A stretch of 32,000 bases of DNA from Candidatus Saccharimonadota bacterium (GCA_021654395.1 AP024486.1:90001-122000); one strand, 5' to 3'. Positions 16,699 to 24,680 are shown, numbered from the stretch's first letter. Notes: generated by a model not told the origin, from the letters alone. Program-made: numbers and translations.

Positions 16699-17991
16699 CT
16701 ATGGATAGAAGTAAGCTCCTATGCTCCTGTAAGCGCCAGAAGGAAATGTTATCTTATATACTCCAGGATTAAGCTTACACTCAGCAGCAAATATTCCAGA
16801 TTCATAGTATTGATCGTATACATTAAATAGCTGCGTGCATCCAGCAGGATAACCTACAGATGAGCATGGAGAAGCACATGCTCCAACTATTACTGTGTTG
16901 TGCGATCCACTGGGTACGGTAAAGCTCCATGATGTTGTACCATATCCAAAGCTGGCAGATTCCTCACTTATATAGCTTTGATTTGTTGCAACTCCACCTA
17001 AAAATAGGGCATTTATTCCAAATAGAGTTGGCAGCGATTCTAAAGCGTATACTGTCTCTGGATTGCTGCATTGACCTACTGCAACAACCTGATCATAGCT
17101 TCCACCGCTGAATGGAGAAACACCGCCATTTAGGAAATTGATGTCTTCTAAAGGATTACTATAAGATGCTGCACATATATAGCTTTTCTGGTTACCTTGC
17201 ATGTATAATGTTGCGTCGAACCCATAAGTTCCAAAGTATCCTGGATATATGTCACATTGCTGTATAAAGAAGTATACAAAAGGATAGCACCCAAGTACCT
17301 CTACATAATTATAATAGTACTTTAATATTATAGAGGTGTTCTTTGAGCTGTTACTTGACGTAGAGTTATTTATAGTAGAGTTCGTTTTTACGCTTTTTCT
17401 AGGTGCACATAGAGACGAATTAGTAATTATATTTGATGGTAACGCTTTGAGATTAGATTTAGGATTATACTGAACTCTTCCTATCTCCTCTATTACACAA
17501 GAAGAGGCAATCTTACCATTCTGCGTTAGGCAGCAGTCGCTATTAGAGCTTATAGATGGCACACCAACCTCATAAGCTGCCCATAGATAAGCTGTTATAT
17601 GTAACTGATTCTTTGAAAAGAAAGTATCTGCCTCTGTTGCATTTATATGTGAAAGAAGAAGGGAGATCTTTTTACTTGATGGTAAAGCGTAGAGCTGGAA
17701 GTGTGGATAACCGCTAACATTAGTTGAATATGTAACATTCTGAGAAGGTGTTAAGAAGAATGTTATATTATACCATGTATATGGAAAGTTTTGTGAAAAC
17801 TCTTGTATAAATATAGCTGAGCCGTTTGTTGCTACATCAGAGCAGAGATAGTTATACGATGCGACGCATATATTCCCGCTATTAATGTTAAAGACCCCTA
17901 AGTAGATAAGTGCAATTAGAACTACGGCTACTGCAAGTATAGCCCATCCGTATGAAGTAAGGAACTCGATTGTAGACTGAAGCTTAGGCAT
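16699..17991 (-). CDS. Large secreted protein with a class III (archaeal type IV pilin-like) signal peptide
   Basis: The N-terminus MPKLQSTIEFLTSYGWAILAVAVVLIALIYLGVF matches the archaeal prepilin motif (K-x-Q-S-x-x-E-[YF]-L-x-[ST]-Y-G-W-A-I-L). The 430-aa body is Cys-containing with about 12 N-x-S/T sequons and an S/T/N-rich linker (NSTINNSTSSNSSKNTS). Confidence 0.55.
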   Translation of the reverse strand: MPKLQSTIEFLTSYGWAILAVAVVLIALIYLGVFNINSGNICVASYNYLCSDVATNGSAIFIQEFSQNFPYTWYNITFFLTPSQNVTYSTNVSGYPHFQLYALPSSKKISLLLSHINATEADTFFSKNQLHITAYLWAAYEVGVPSISSNSDCCLTQNGKIASSCVIEEIGRVQYNPKSNLKALPSNIITNSSLCAPRKSVKTNSTINNSTSSNSSKNTSIILKYYYNYVEVLGCYPFVYFFIQQCDIYPGYFGTYGFDATLYMQGNQKSYICAASYSNPLEDINFLNGGVSPFSGGSYDQVVAVGQCSNPETVYALESLPTLFGINALFLGGVATNQSYISEESASFGYGTTSWSFTVPSGSHNTVIVGACASPCSSVGYPAGCTQLFNVYDQYYESGIFAAECKLNPGVYKITFPSGAYRSIGAYFYP

Positions 17992-18025
17992 TAATAGTTA
18001 ATTACAAGATAATCTTTAAAAATCT

Positions 18026-18475
18026 TTAGGAGATAAAGGCAAGGTATAGTATGATTACAGATATGGTTATAAGTAGAGAATTTATAAGTATGTCATTAAA
18101 TCTAAAATCTGCTATTCTTATCTGCTTCTCAAATATTAGTGAGTATAGTCCATCCTTATTTAATAGATCTAATAAAGCATGTAGTGGAAGATTTAAAAGA
18201 GTTACTAGAACAATTAAAGTAGCAGTATTTATATAAAAGGAATATCCTATAAATAGCAATGGCATTATAATAAGAGCCTCTATAGAATGAATAAGTTTGC
18301 TTCTTCTTATTGCTAAACCGTCATTTTCATGCCCTAATCGATCTATGGCGGCATTTAAGATAGCTGCACAGAATGTTATAAATATTAGTATAAGTATATC
18401 AGTATAGTGAAATAAGTATAGTACTAGATAGTATATTACTGCTGTATTAAACAGTACATGTGTAATCTCTTTCAT
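18026..18475 (-). CDS. Small polytopic membrane protein, possibly of the DUF457/YdjM membrane-bound metal-hydrolase family
   Basis: 149 aa with about 4 TM helices and conserved-looking His/Asp positions (THVLFN..., IDRLGHE, LIHS). The family call is weak. Confidence 0.4.
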   Translation of the reverse strand: MKEITHVLFNTAVIYYLVLYLFHYTDILILIFITFCAAILNAAIDRLGHENDGLAIRRSKLIHSIEALIIMPLLFIGYSFYINTATLIVLVTLLNLPLHALLDLLNKDGLYSLIFEKQIRIADFRFNDILINSLLITISVIILYLAFIS

Positions 18476-18528
18476 GTATAATCCTATTCCAGAATAGCTA
18501 TTTATAATCTTATTAAGAAATATAATTT

Positions 18529-19770
18529 ATGATTAGCGCTGATATAGTATTTATAACCTTATCGGCATCTATATTCTTTGGTTTTATATTAAATGCATTA
18601 CTTAATAAGCTGAAAATAATTCCAGTAATACCCCTAATTATTATAGGAGTTGTCTTCTATTACCTAAATAGTGCAGGTCTCTCCCCCTTTATCGCCTCTG
18701 CATCTAATTATGTATCAGGTATCGCGATAATGGCTATAATATTCAATGCAGGTATGTCGCTTAGATTTGAAAGATTTAAGAGACTATTTATAAAGGCAAA
18801 TCTCTTTATGATAGCTAATGTTATTATCTCTGGACTTATAATATCATTTATTCTAGTATATCTATTTAGATATAGCTATATATATGCATTGATATTAGGC
18901 TTTGCCTTATCCGGGCCTAGTAGCTTAGTAGTTCCATCAACTATAAGTATGATAAAAGCAGATAATGATATAAAGGACATACTTAAATACGAGAGTGTCG
19001 CATCAGATATCTTTGAGCTTATATTGCCTTTAACGCTTATACAGTTCTATTTGTATAACGGCCTAATAAGCTTAAAGAGTATATTATATAGCTATATAGC
19101 ATACTTTGTTTTTACTAATATATTTGGATCTATACTATTGGGATTTGTATTTGCTTTAGCATGGATCTATCTATTAAAGAGATTTAAGCGTACTGCACAA
19201 GCATATGCATGGATACTTACTATAGCGTTTATTATGCTAGTATATAGCCTATCTGACTATATGAATCTTAATAGTGCAATATCGGTCTTTGTTACAGGAA
19301 TAGTATTAATAAATGTAGGGGCTAATCGTAAGAGCTTATTCAAAAGCATGAAAGCAGATATAGTGGATACATTAAAGCATATATATAACTATCAGCAAGA
19401 ATTTGCGTTCCTTATAAGCACGATATTCTTTATATTTACCGGAATTCTTGTTTCATACTACTATTATCCAATATCTTACTATTCTCTACTTGTAATAACA
19501 GTATCTTTACTTATAATAGTTCTTTTTAGATATCTTCTAGCTAGATATATACAGAGCGATAAAAGAGATCAACAATCAAGAAAGATAGTTGCATTTGATA
19601 TACCTAGGGGCATCTCTCCATTAATAATTGCATCATTACTCTATCAATACGGTATTGCACAGAATAACACATTAGTAATTGTAGTATCAATAATATTTAT
19701 ATCAAGTATTATCTACTCAATAGGTATAATGATATATAAGCCATTAAAGAGAAGAGGTAAGCAGAATTAA
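18529..19770 (+). CDS. Cation/proton antiporter (CPA-type Na+/H+ exchanger family), tentative
   Basis: 413 aa with about 11-12 TM helices. The N-terminal FGFILNALLNKLKIIPVIPLIIIGVVF resembles the CPA N-terminus. Confidence 0.5.
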   Translation: MISADIVFITLSASIFFGFILNALLNKLKIIPVIPLIIIGVVFYYLNSAGLSPFIASASNYVSGIAIMAIIFNAGMSLRFERFKRLFIKANLFMIANVIISGLIISFILVYLFRYSYIYALILGFALSGPSSLVVPSTISMIKADNDIKDILKYESVASDIFELILPLTLIQFYLYNGLISLKSILYSYIAYFVFTNIFGSILLGFVFALAWIYLLKRFKRTAQAYAWILTIAFIMLVYSLSDYMNLNSAISVFVTGIVLINVGANRKSLFKSMKADIVDTLKHIYNYQQEFAFLISTIFFIFTGILVSYYYYPISYYSLLVITVSLLIIVLFRYLLARYIQSDKRDQQSRKIVAFDIPRGISPLIIASLLYQYGIAQNNTLVIVVSIIFISSIIYSIGIMIYKPLKRRGKQN

Positions 19771-20651
19771 GACAAGCCGCTTGTTGCTATACCATTTAGA
19801 GACTGTGAGAAGACTCCAACTATTAAGCCAAAGACTATAGCAATTAAACCTAATATTACTACCACATAGATGATGCTTTTCTTCTTAGCAAACTTTATCA
19901 ACGAATCTATTAAGAGGAGGCTTATTACAGTTGCAACTAATATTGATATTAATAAGCCTATCGGACTTATAGCAGATATGCTTTGAATAACATAACTCTT
20001 TTTGGCTAATACTGTCAATACAACTGCGCCAGATGTTGCAAAGATCATATCAAGAAAAGACAGCCTAAATGCCTCATCTGCCTTTACATTCATTAGTAAT
20101 AAGCCGCTAGTTGTTATTCCAGATCTACTTACACCAGGAAGTGCAGCTATACCCTGAAGGAATCCAATTAAAGCAAACTGCTTGTTGTTCATATCTTTTA
20201 AATCTATAAGATGCTTTGCTTTAGATCTAGATAAGTGAATAAGAACCCCATCTAGTATAAGAACAATACCAAGTATTATCATAGGTATTCCTATATTATA
20301 TGCACTTAAAGAATCCGCATATAGATATAATGCTGCACCTATAAATCCAGTTACTACTGTTGATATTACAACATATACAAGAAGCTTTTTATCTAAAGGT
20401 TCACCATGGCCCACTAAAGCAAGTATGAGTCTTTTAAGCTCCTTTCTAAAGTATATTACTGCTGCCAGTATAGTACCTATCTCCATGAATAAGCCAAATG
20501 TATATGCTTGCTGATACCCGAACTTAAGTAGAAGCATTGCAGTTATTAGTATCTGAGTCTTACTGCTTATTGGTAACCATTCGGATATTCCCTGAACTAT
20601 ACCTAAGATTATAGAGTCTACAAGCTCTTTTAGCGTTATATAAAGTAGCAT
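19767..20651 (-). CDS. uppP: Undecaprenyl/dolichyl-diphosphate phosphatase (UppP/BacA family)
   Basis: GIVQGISEWLPISSKTQ and PGVSRSGITTSG are the two BacA signature motifs. The protein is polytopic. Confidence 0.85.
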   Translation of the reverse strand: MLLYITLKELVDSIILGIVQGISEWLPISSKTQILITAMLLLKFGYQQAYTFGLFMEIGTILAAVIYFRKELKRLILALVGHGEPLDKKLLVYVVISTVVTGFIGAALYLYADSLSAYNIGIPMIILGIVLILDGVLIHLSRSKAKHLIDLKDMNNKQFALIGFLQGIAALPGVSRSGITTSGLLLMNVKADEAFRLSFLDMIFATSGAVVLTVLAKKSYVIQSISAISPIGLLISILVATVISLLLIDSLIKFAKKKSIIYVVVILGLIAIVFGLIVGVFSQSLNGIATSGLS

Positions 20652-20656
20652 TAAGA

Positions 20657-21037
20657 TCAGCTTCCAAATATCGCGCCGAAGCCACTTAGTGCATTATCTT
20701 TCTCTTCATTAAGCCTTTTTATAAGCCTCCCCTCTTCTTCCGGCTCTAACCTTTTAAACGTCTTAAATCTTTCTTTAAACATCTGCTCTGCTCTACTTAG
20801 AAAATCCTCAGATGCGTTTATATATAGATAGTACTTGTTCTCATCTAAACCATAGGCAGCTCCATCTATCAACCTATTATCCTGTCTAACAAATAGTAGA
20901 TCGAAGTAAGGATCTTTCTTCTTTTCTTCTTCTACTTTCTTTGCGTCAAAGCTTGCACTAGCGTAAGGATCTCTGTCTAGTACCTCCTTTAACTTACTGC
21001 CTTCAGACTTATCAAAAGAGTAGACTCTCTCTGCCAT
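20657..21037 (-). CDS. Hypothetical protein with a ribosomal-stalk-like C-terminal tail
   Basis: 126 aa and charged. The C-terminus is ...EPEEEGRLIKRLNEEKDNALSGFGAIFGS. It lies 5 nt downstream of rps8e and 5 nt upstream of uppP on the same strand. I recognise no family. Confidence 0.6.
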   Translation of the reverse strand: MAERVYSFDKSEGSKLKEVLDRDPYASASFDAKKVEEEKKKDPYFDLLFVRQDNRLIDGAAYGLDENKYYLYINASEDFLSRAEQMFKERFKTFKRLEPEEEGRLIKRLNEEKDNALSGFGAIFGS

Positions 21038-21042
21038 TTATA

Positions 21043-21444
21043 TCATTGATTCTCTATTAGCTTTGCCACTATGCTTCCGTCCTGACCTGGTCTACTAATA
21101 ACAATCGCTTTTCCTAACTCCGTATTTATTACAGTGCCTTTAGTAACTATATTTAGCTTTGGATAGTTTCTATTTGCTGCAGATTCTATAACTCCAGTAG
21201 CTTTTACTTTCTTATAGCCCTCTTTTGTAAGCAGATTAACATACTTAAATTTGTAGGCTTTAGTCTTTGTTACATTTCCCTTACATTCTTTGTTTACTCT
21301 TACTTCATCATCATTATCTACAGATAATCTTGTAGCTGTAAAGTAACCTCCAATCTCGTACTTCCTCTTTTCTCTACTTTTAATTATCTTTTTACCATTA
21401 CCTACTCTCTTTGTCTTTGGAGGCCCATGATACTGACCGCTCAT
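21043..21444 (-). CDS. rps8e: 30S ribosomal protein S8e
   Basis: N-terminal GPPKTKRVGNGKKIIKSREKRKYEIGGYFTATRL pattern and a length of 133 aa. Confidence 0.85.
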   Translation of the reverse strand: MSGQYHGPPKTKRVGNGKKIIKSREKRKYEIGGYFTATRLSVDNDDEVRVNKECKGNVTKTKAYKFKYVNLLTKEGYKKVKATGVIESAANRNYPKLNIVTKGTVINTELGKAIVISRPGQDGSIVAKLIENQ

Positions 21445-21516
21445 CTATACACCCACTTTCAGTTATAAGCGATTAATATAAAAAAGATTAAAAAAGCTTA
21501 TATCAAATAATATTAC

Positions 21517-21523
21517 AGGTGAT
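21517..21523 (+). promoter_or_regulatory. Shine-Dalgarno-like site (AGGTGAT)
   Basis: It lies 5 nt upstream of the ATG at 21529 and is complementary to the conserved archaeal 16S 3' end (..GAUCACCUCC). Confidence 0.45.
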
Positions 21524-21528
21524 TAAAG

Positions 21529-22005
21529 ATGCCAAGAGAAGGCAAGAAGGCAAGTATGAGTACTAAAGAAGAGAAGCATTATGATGACAGTGGATTCGAA
21601 AAGAGACTAAGTAGCCCGCTATTTTTTGTGTTGACATTGATAGCAGGAATCTTCTACGCAGGTACGCTCTATTTTATAAATATAGCGAGTACAGCAGGAG
21701 TTAGCGTCTCTGGAGGTTACTCAGCTACAGTATGGGATGGAACATACGCAACGCTATGGCTTCCATTACTTTATGCGGTTGGATATCTAGGTACAGTTGC
21801 TATAATAGTGATGAGCTTCATAGGCCTAGCAAGATTTAATAGATTTGTACTTCACAAAACAATGGGCCTATTGTGGATAACTGGTTTAGCCTTATTAGCA
21901 CTAGGATTTGGTAGTATAGAAGCGATAGCAGCAGATATAATAGGCTTTGGAATAGGACTAATTGGAGTAACAGTAATGCATGGAGTAGTAATGAAAGACC
22001 AGTAA
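21529..22005 (+). CDS. Hypothetical membrane protein (about 4 TM helices)
   Basis: 158 aa with a charged N-terminus followed by hydrophobic helices. An SD-like site lies upstream. No family recognised. Confidence 0.5.
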   Translation: MPREGKKASMSTKEEKHYDDSGFEKRLSSPLFFVLTLIAGIFYAGTLYFINIASTAGVSVSGGYSATVWDGTYATLWLPLLYAVGYLGTVAIIVMSFIGLARFNRFVLHKTMGLLWITGLALLALGFGSIEAIAADIIGFGIGLIGVTVMHGVVMKDQ

Positions 22006-22009
22006 AGCT

Positions 22010-22432
22010 TTATAGATATAAATTATTATATATAGTTTCTCTATTTTTATTCTCTTTGTTTGCTTTATTATATCCTCTTAATTTTAATAAAGCATTATTG
22101 AAGATAATTCTACCATGCTGTGTTATTGAGTATCTGCCATCCTTGTATGTAACTATTCCTCTTTCTTTTAGAATTAGCAGTACCTCGAATACAAGCCTAT
22201 ATACATTTTCATCTTGATTACTTCTACCCATCTTAATCTTTATATTGTTGTAATTATAGACTATCTCATAGAATGATAATGACTCTGCCTTATTTAATAA
22301 GCCAGTAATAATCAGCTGATCAGTTGTAAGCGTATCTGTATGTGGCCTTTCAGTAACTTCACTTTTATTGCTATCTTCGTTAGATACATTTAATCTATTA
22401 AATAAATTATATAAAATAGTCTTTAAATTCAT
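22010..22432 (-). CDS. Hypothetical protein, possibly a winged-helix DNA-binding protein
   Basis: 140 aa. The segment YRLVFEVLLILKERGIVTYKDGRYSITQHGR resembles a recognition helix plus wing. This is weak evidence. Confidence 0.4.
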   Translation of the reverse strand: MNLKTILYNLFNRLNVSNEDSNKSEVTERPHTDTLTTDQLIITGLLNKAESLSFYEIVYNYNNIKIKMGRSNQDENVYRLVFEVLLILKERGIVTYKDGRYSITQHGRIIFNNALLKLRGYNKANKENKNRETIYNNLYL

Positions 22433-22530
22433 AGATATCTTATTTATTATATACCAACAGATATATAAAGCTTTCTATTATAAGCTAATATTATAAGCTT
22501 TATATATGCTTATAGAATAAGATATATATA

Positions 22531-23046
22531 GTGATGCATATGGATATAAAGATAGGAGATAAAGCGCCAGAATTAGTAAATGCTGTAATAGAGATACCTG
22601 CAGGCTCACAAGTTAAGTACGAGCTTGATAAAGAGACCAATATGATAAAGGTGGATAGGTTCTTATATACTGCAATGAACTATCCATTCAACTACGGATT
22701 TATTCCAGAGACTTTAGAGGAAGATGGAGATCCTGTAGATATAATAGTGATAAGCTCTTATCCACTAATACCGAACTGTTATATAGAAGCAAAGCCAATA
22801 GGAATAATAAATATGGAAGACGAAGAAGGCCAGGATAAGAAGATAATTGCAGTGCCTAAAGAGAAGGTAGATCCAGTATATGGGACATACAACGATATAA
22901 AGGATGTTCCAGAGATTCTTAGGAAGAAGCTGATACACTTCTTCGAGCATTACAAAGAGCTAGAGCCAAACAAATGGGTTAAGATAACTGGCTTTGACAG
23001 TAGAGATAAGGCATTAGAGCATATAAAGGCAAGAATTAAAAGATAG
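22531..23046 (+). CDS. ppa: Inorganic pyrophosphatase (family I)
   Basis: [55 protein letters not shown] signature. The track start is a GTG; the ATG at 22534 or 22540 is more likely. Confidence 0.9.
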   Translation: MMHMDIKIGDKAPELVNAVIEIPAGSQVKYELDKETNMIKVDRFLYTAMNYPFNYGFIPETLEEDGDPVDIIVISSYPLIPNCYIEAKPIGIINMEDEEGQDKKIIAVPKEKVDPVYGTYNDIKDVPEILRKKLIHFFEHYKELEPNKWVKITGFDSRDKALEHIKARIKR

Positions 23047-23517
23047 CTATTTTCTATTAGCTTTCTTATTATTAATTGCTTCATATATAGAAAATTTATT
23101 TAGAACTTTATACATTATCTCTTGTGAATCCTTACTGTACTGCTTAGCAAACTTATCTGCTTGTCTTAGCTTATTTGAGTACTTTCTATATGCTTTTAAA
23201 GCCGCAGCATAAGCGTCTCTCTCGTGTGGATTGTATATCTTTACAGAATAGGATAGCGCCTTCTTTGTCTCTATAGAAAGGTCTCTTGAAGGTACAAAGA
23301 ACTTTGCCTTGAATATAGCTGCTATATGCTTTGGCATCTCGTTTCCATGTGTCTTATCTACCGCTACTATAACTGGCTGGCCATAAGATGATATAAAGTT
23401 AAGCAAGAAGCTAAGATCTTTATACTTAAAATGCGCTACTCTAATTAGATCGCCATTTAAAGAGATTATACATACACCTATAGTGTCTCCAGGATCTATA
23501 CCAACTATTGTATACAT
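23047..23517 (-). CDS. Small RNase H-fold (RuvC/YqgF-like) protein resembling the N-terminal domain of archaeal DUF460 proteins
   Basis: MYTIVGIDPGDTIGVCIISLNG..., VIVAVDK and NPHERDAYAAALKAY supply candidate acidic/His catalytic positions. It is only 156 aa. Confidence 0.5.
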   Translation of the reverse strand: MYTIVGIDPGDTIGVCIISLNGDLIRVAHFKYKDLSFLLNFISSYGQPVIVAVDKTHGNEMPKHIAAIFKAKFFVPSRDLSIETKKALSYSVKIYNPHERDAYAAALKAYRKYSNKLRQADKFAKQYSKDSQEIMYKVLNKFSIYEAINNKKANRK

Positions 23518-23527
23518 ATAATACCCA

Positions 23528-24565
23528 TTAAGATTTAACTATATATCTTATTGACTGATTTAATGTTAATGGAATAGTCTCATATTTACATTCTAGTATG
23601 TCAACTGGAGTAAATGTTACATTGTAGAACTGTGATAGTAGAAGTTGACCATTTAATAATGAAGTAGCATTATACTCTAGGCAGCTATCGAGCTGTGTTA
23701 TATTTAGACCAGATGCCTTAGCGATAGAGCTCAACGAGCTATTGCTTAATGGTACCCCGCTATAAACTTGCTTTATGTTGCTTACAAATCTGCTGAAATT
23801 TTGCTGCCTTGCCGCACAAGCTAGATAGAAGCCTAGCTGCTGTGTCTCTTCAACGCCATACTGCTTGTAAAAAGATGCACTATATCTGCTAAATATAAAG
23901 TAGTACGATGGCTTTAATATATTGTACTTATAAGATATATTAATAAGCTGCTCTATCGCATTAAAAGCTCCAGGTGCATACGGATCTGTTATTAGATATA
24001 CAGGAACTGAAGATGAGTTGCTACATGATACTTTATTATATAACTCTATTAATCCATTACCTACAGCATAGTTCTCTGATATATTGCTTTCTACTGGCGT
24101 TGTAAATCCATCTATTACACTACCATCTGTTGCATTTATAAGTATAGTCGCATTGTATGTATTATTATTATAGAAGGGGTCTTTATAAGGAACTATAACA
24201 AGCCATTCTTTAGCATCTTTTATATAGTATGATCTTATTGCATTCGAATCTATGAGAAATGGTAAGAAGAATAATGAAGAGCCAGAGAATCTTGTTAATG
24301 ATGCTAGATATCTCTCCGCAATCCTTATACTTGAGTTATAGGATATATTAACAGATATATTAGATTGATTATAAGTTACATTCTGCTTCTCTATAATAAC
24401 AGCTGGCTTATATCTTGACTCAACTAATATAACTGCTATCAAAACTAAAACCAATACTATTAGTAGTAGATGCAGATAGTCTAATCCGAATCTATTAATA
24501 GGCTTAACTATATAGTAACCTTTCTTCTCCTTATTCTTATTAGTTGACTTACTCATTAAAACCAT
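23528..24565 (-). CDS. Membrane-anchored DsbA-like thioredoxin-fold protein lacking the CXXC active site; sequon-rich
   Basis: N-terminal tail plus TM helix (LHLLLIVLVLVLIAVILV). The C-terminal about 160 aa follow the DsbA/COG1651 pattern: VPVYLITDPYAPGAFNAIEQL, ...LACAARQQNF..., IAKASGLNITQLDSCL and NVTFTPVDIL with the cis-Pro loop. APGA (bases 23966-23977) replaces CPxC. I counted about 16 N-x-S/T sequons. Confidence 0.5.
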   Translation of the reverse strand: MVLMSKSTNKNKEKKGYYIVKPINRFGLDYLHLLLIVLVLVLIAVILVESRYKPAVIIEKQNVTYNQSNISVNISYNSSIRIAERYLASLTRFSGSSLFFLPFLIDSNAIRSYYIKDAKEWLVIVPYKDPFYNNNTYNATILINATDGSVIDGFTTPVESNISENYAVGNGLIELYNKVSCSNSSSVPVYLITDPYAPGAFNAIEQLINISYKYNILKPSYYFIFSRYSASFYKQYGVEETQQLGFYLACAARQQNFSRFVSNIKQVYSGVPLSNSSLSSIAKASGLNITQLDSCLEYNATSLLNGQLLLSQFYNVTFTPVDILECKYETIPLTLNQSIRYIVKS

Positions 24566-24572
24566 CTCTATT

Positions 24573-24660
24573 CGGGCCTGGCGGGATTTTCATTAGTATT
24601 TTGAACCCGCGACCTACGCCTTAGGAGGACGCCGCTCTGTCCAGGCTGAGCTACAGGCCC
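24573..24660 (-). tRNA. tRNA-Arg (anticodon CCT) with a 13-nt insertion in the T-loop
   Basis: Hand fold of the minus strand: acceptor GGGCCTG/CAGGCCC, D stem GCTC/GAGC, anticodon stem GCGTC/GGCGT (two G-U pairs), loop CTCCTAA, variable AGGTC, T stem GCGGG/CCCGC. The T stem encloses 20 nt rather than 7. CCA is not encoded. Confidence 0.85.
24586..24605 (-). other. T-loop plus putative non-canonical intron of tRNA-Arg
   Basis: The loop is TTCAAAATACTAATGAAAAT. Deleting 13 nt (for example ATACTAATGAAAA) restores the canonical TTCAAAT. The exact junction is ambiguous within the A-run (position about 58/59-59/60). Confidence 0.6.
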
Positions 24661-24680
24661 TTAATAATATTTATAGCGTT

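Noticed and set aside
20657-21037. The idea that the 126-aa protein is simply the genuine ribosomal stalk protein P1/L12.
   Set aside because: Only the last about 12 residues resemble P1. The N-terminal about 100 residues do not look like the helical P1 dimerisation domain (there is no MEYIYAALLL-type start). It is also not adjacent to L10. I kept it as a tail-mimic hypothesis instead.
24573-24660. The alternative that the interrupted tRNA-Arg is a decaying pseudogene.
   Set aside because: All stems are paired (the anticodon stem with two G-U pairs), the anticodon loop and variable loop are canonical, and precise removal of 13 nt restores a perfect TTCAAAT T-loop. It also sits behind a plausible TATA box. 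An intron is the more parsimonious reading, though expression data are needed.
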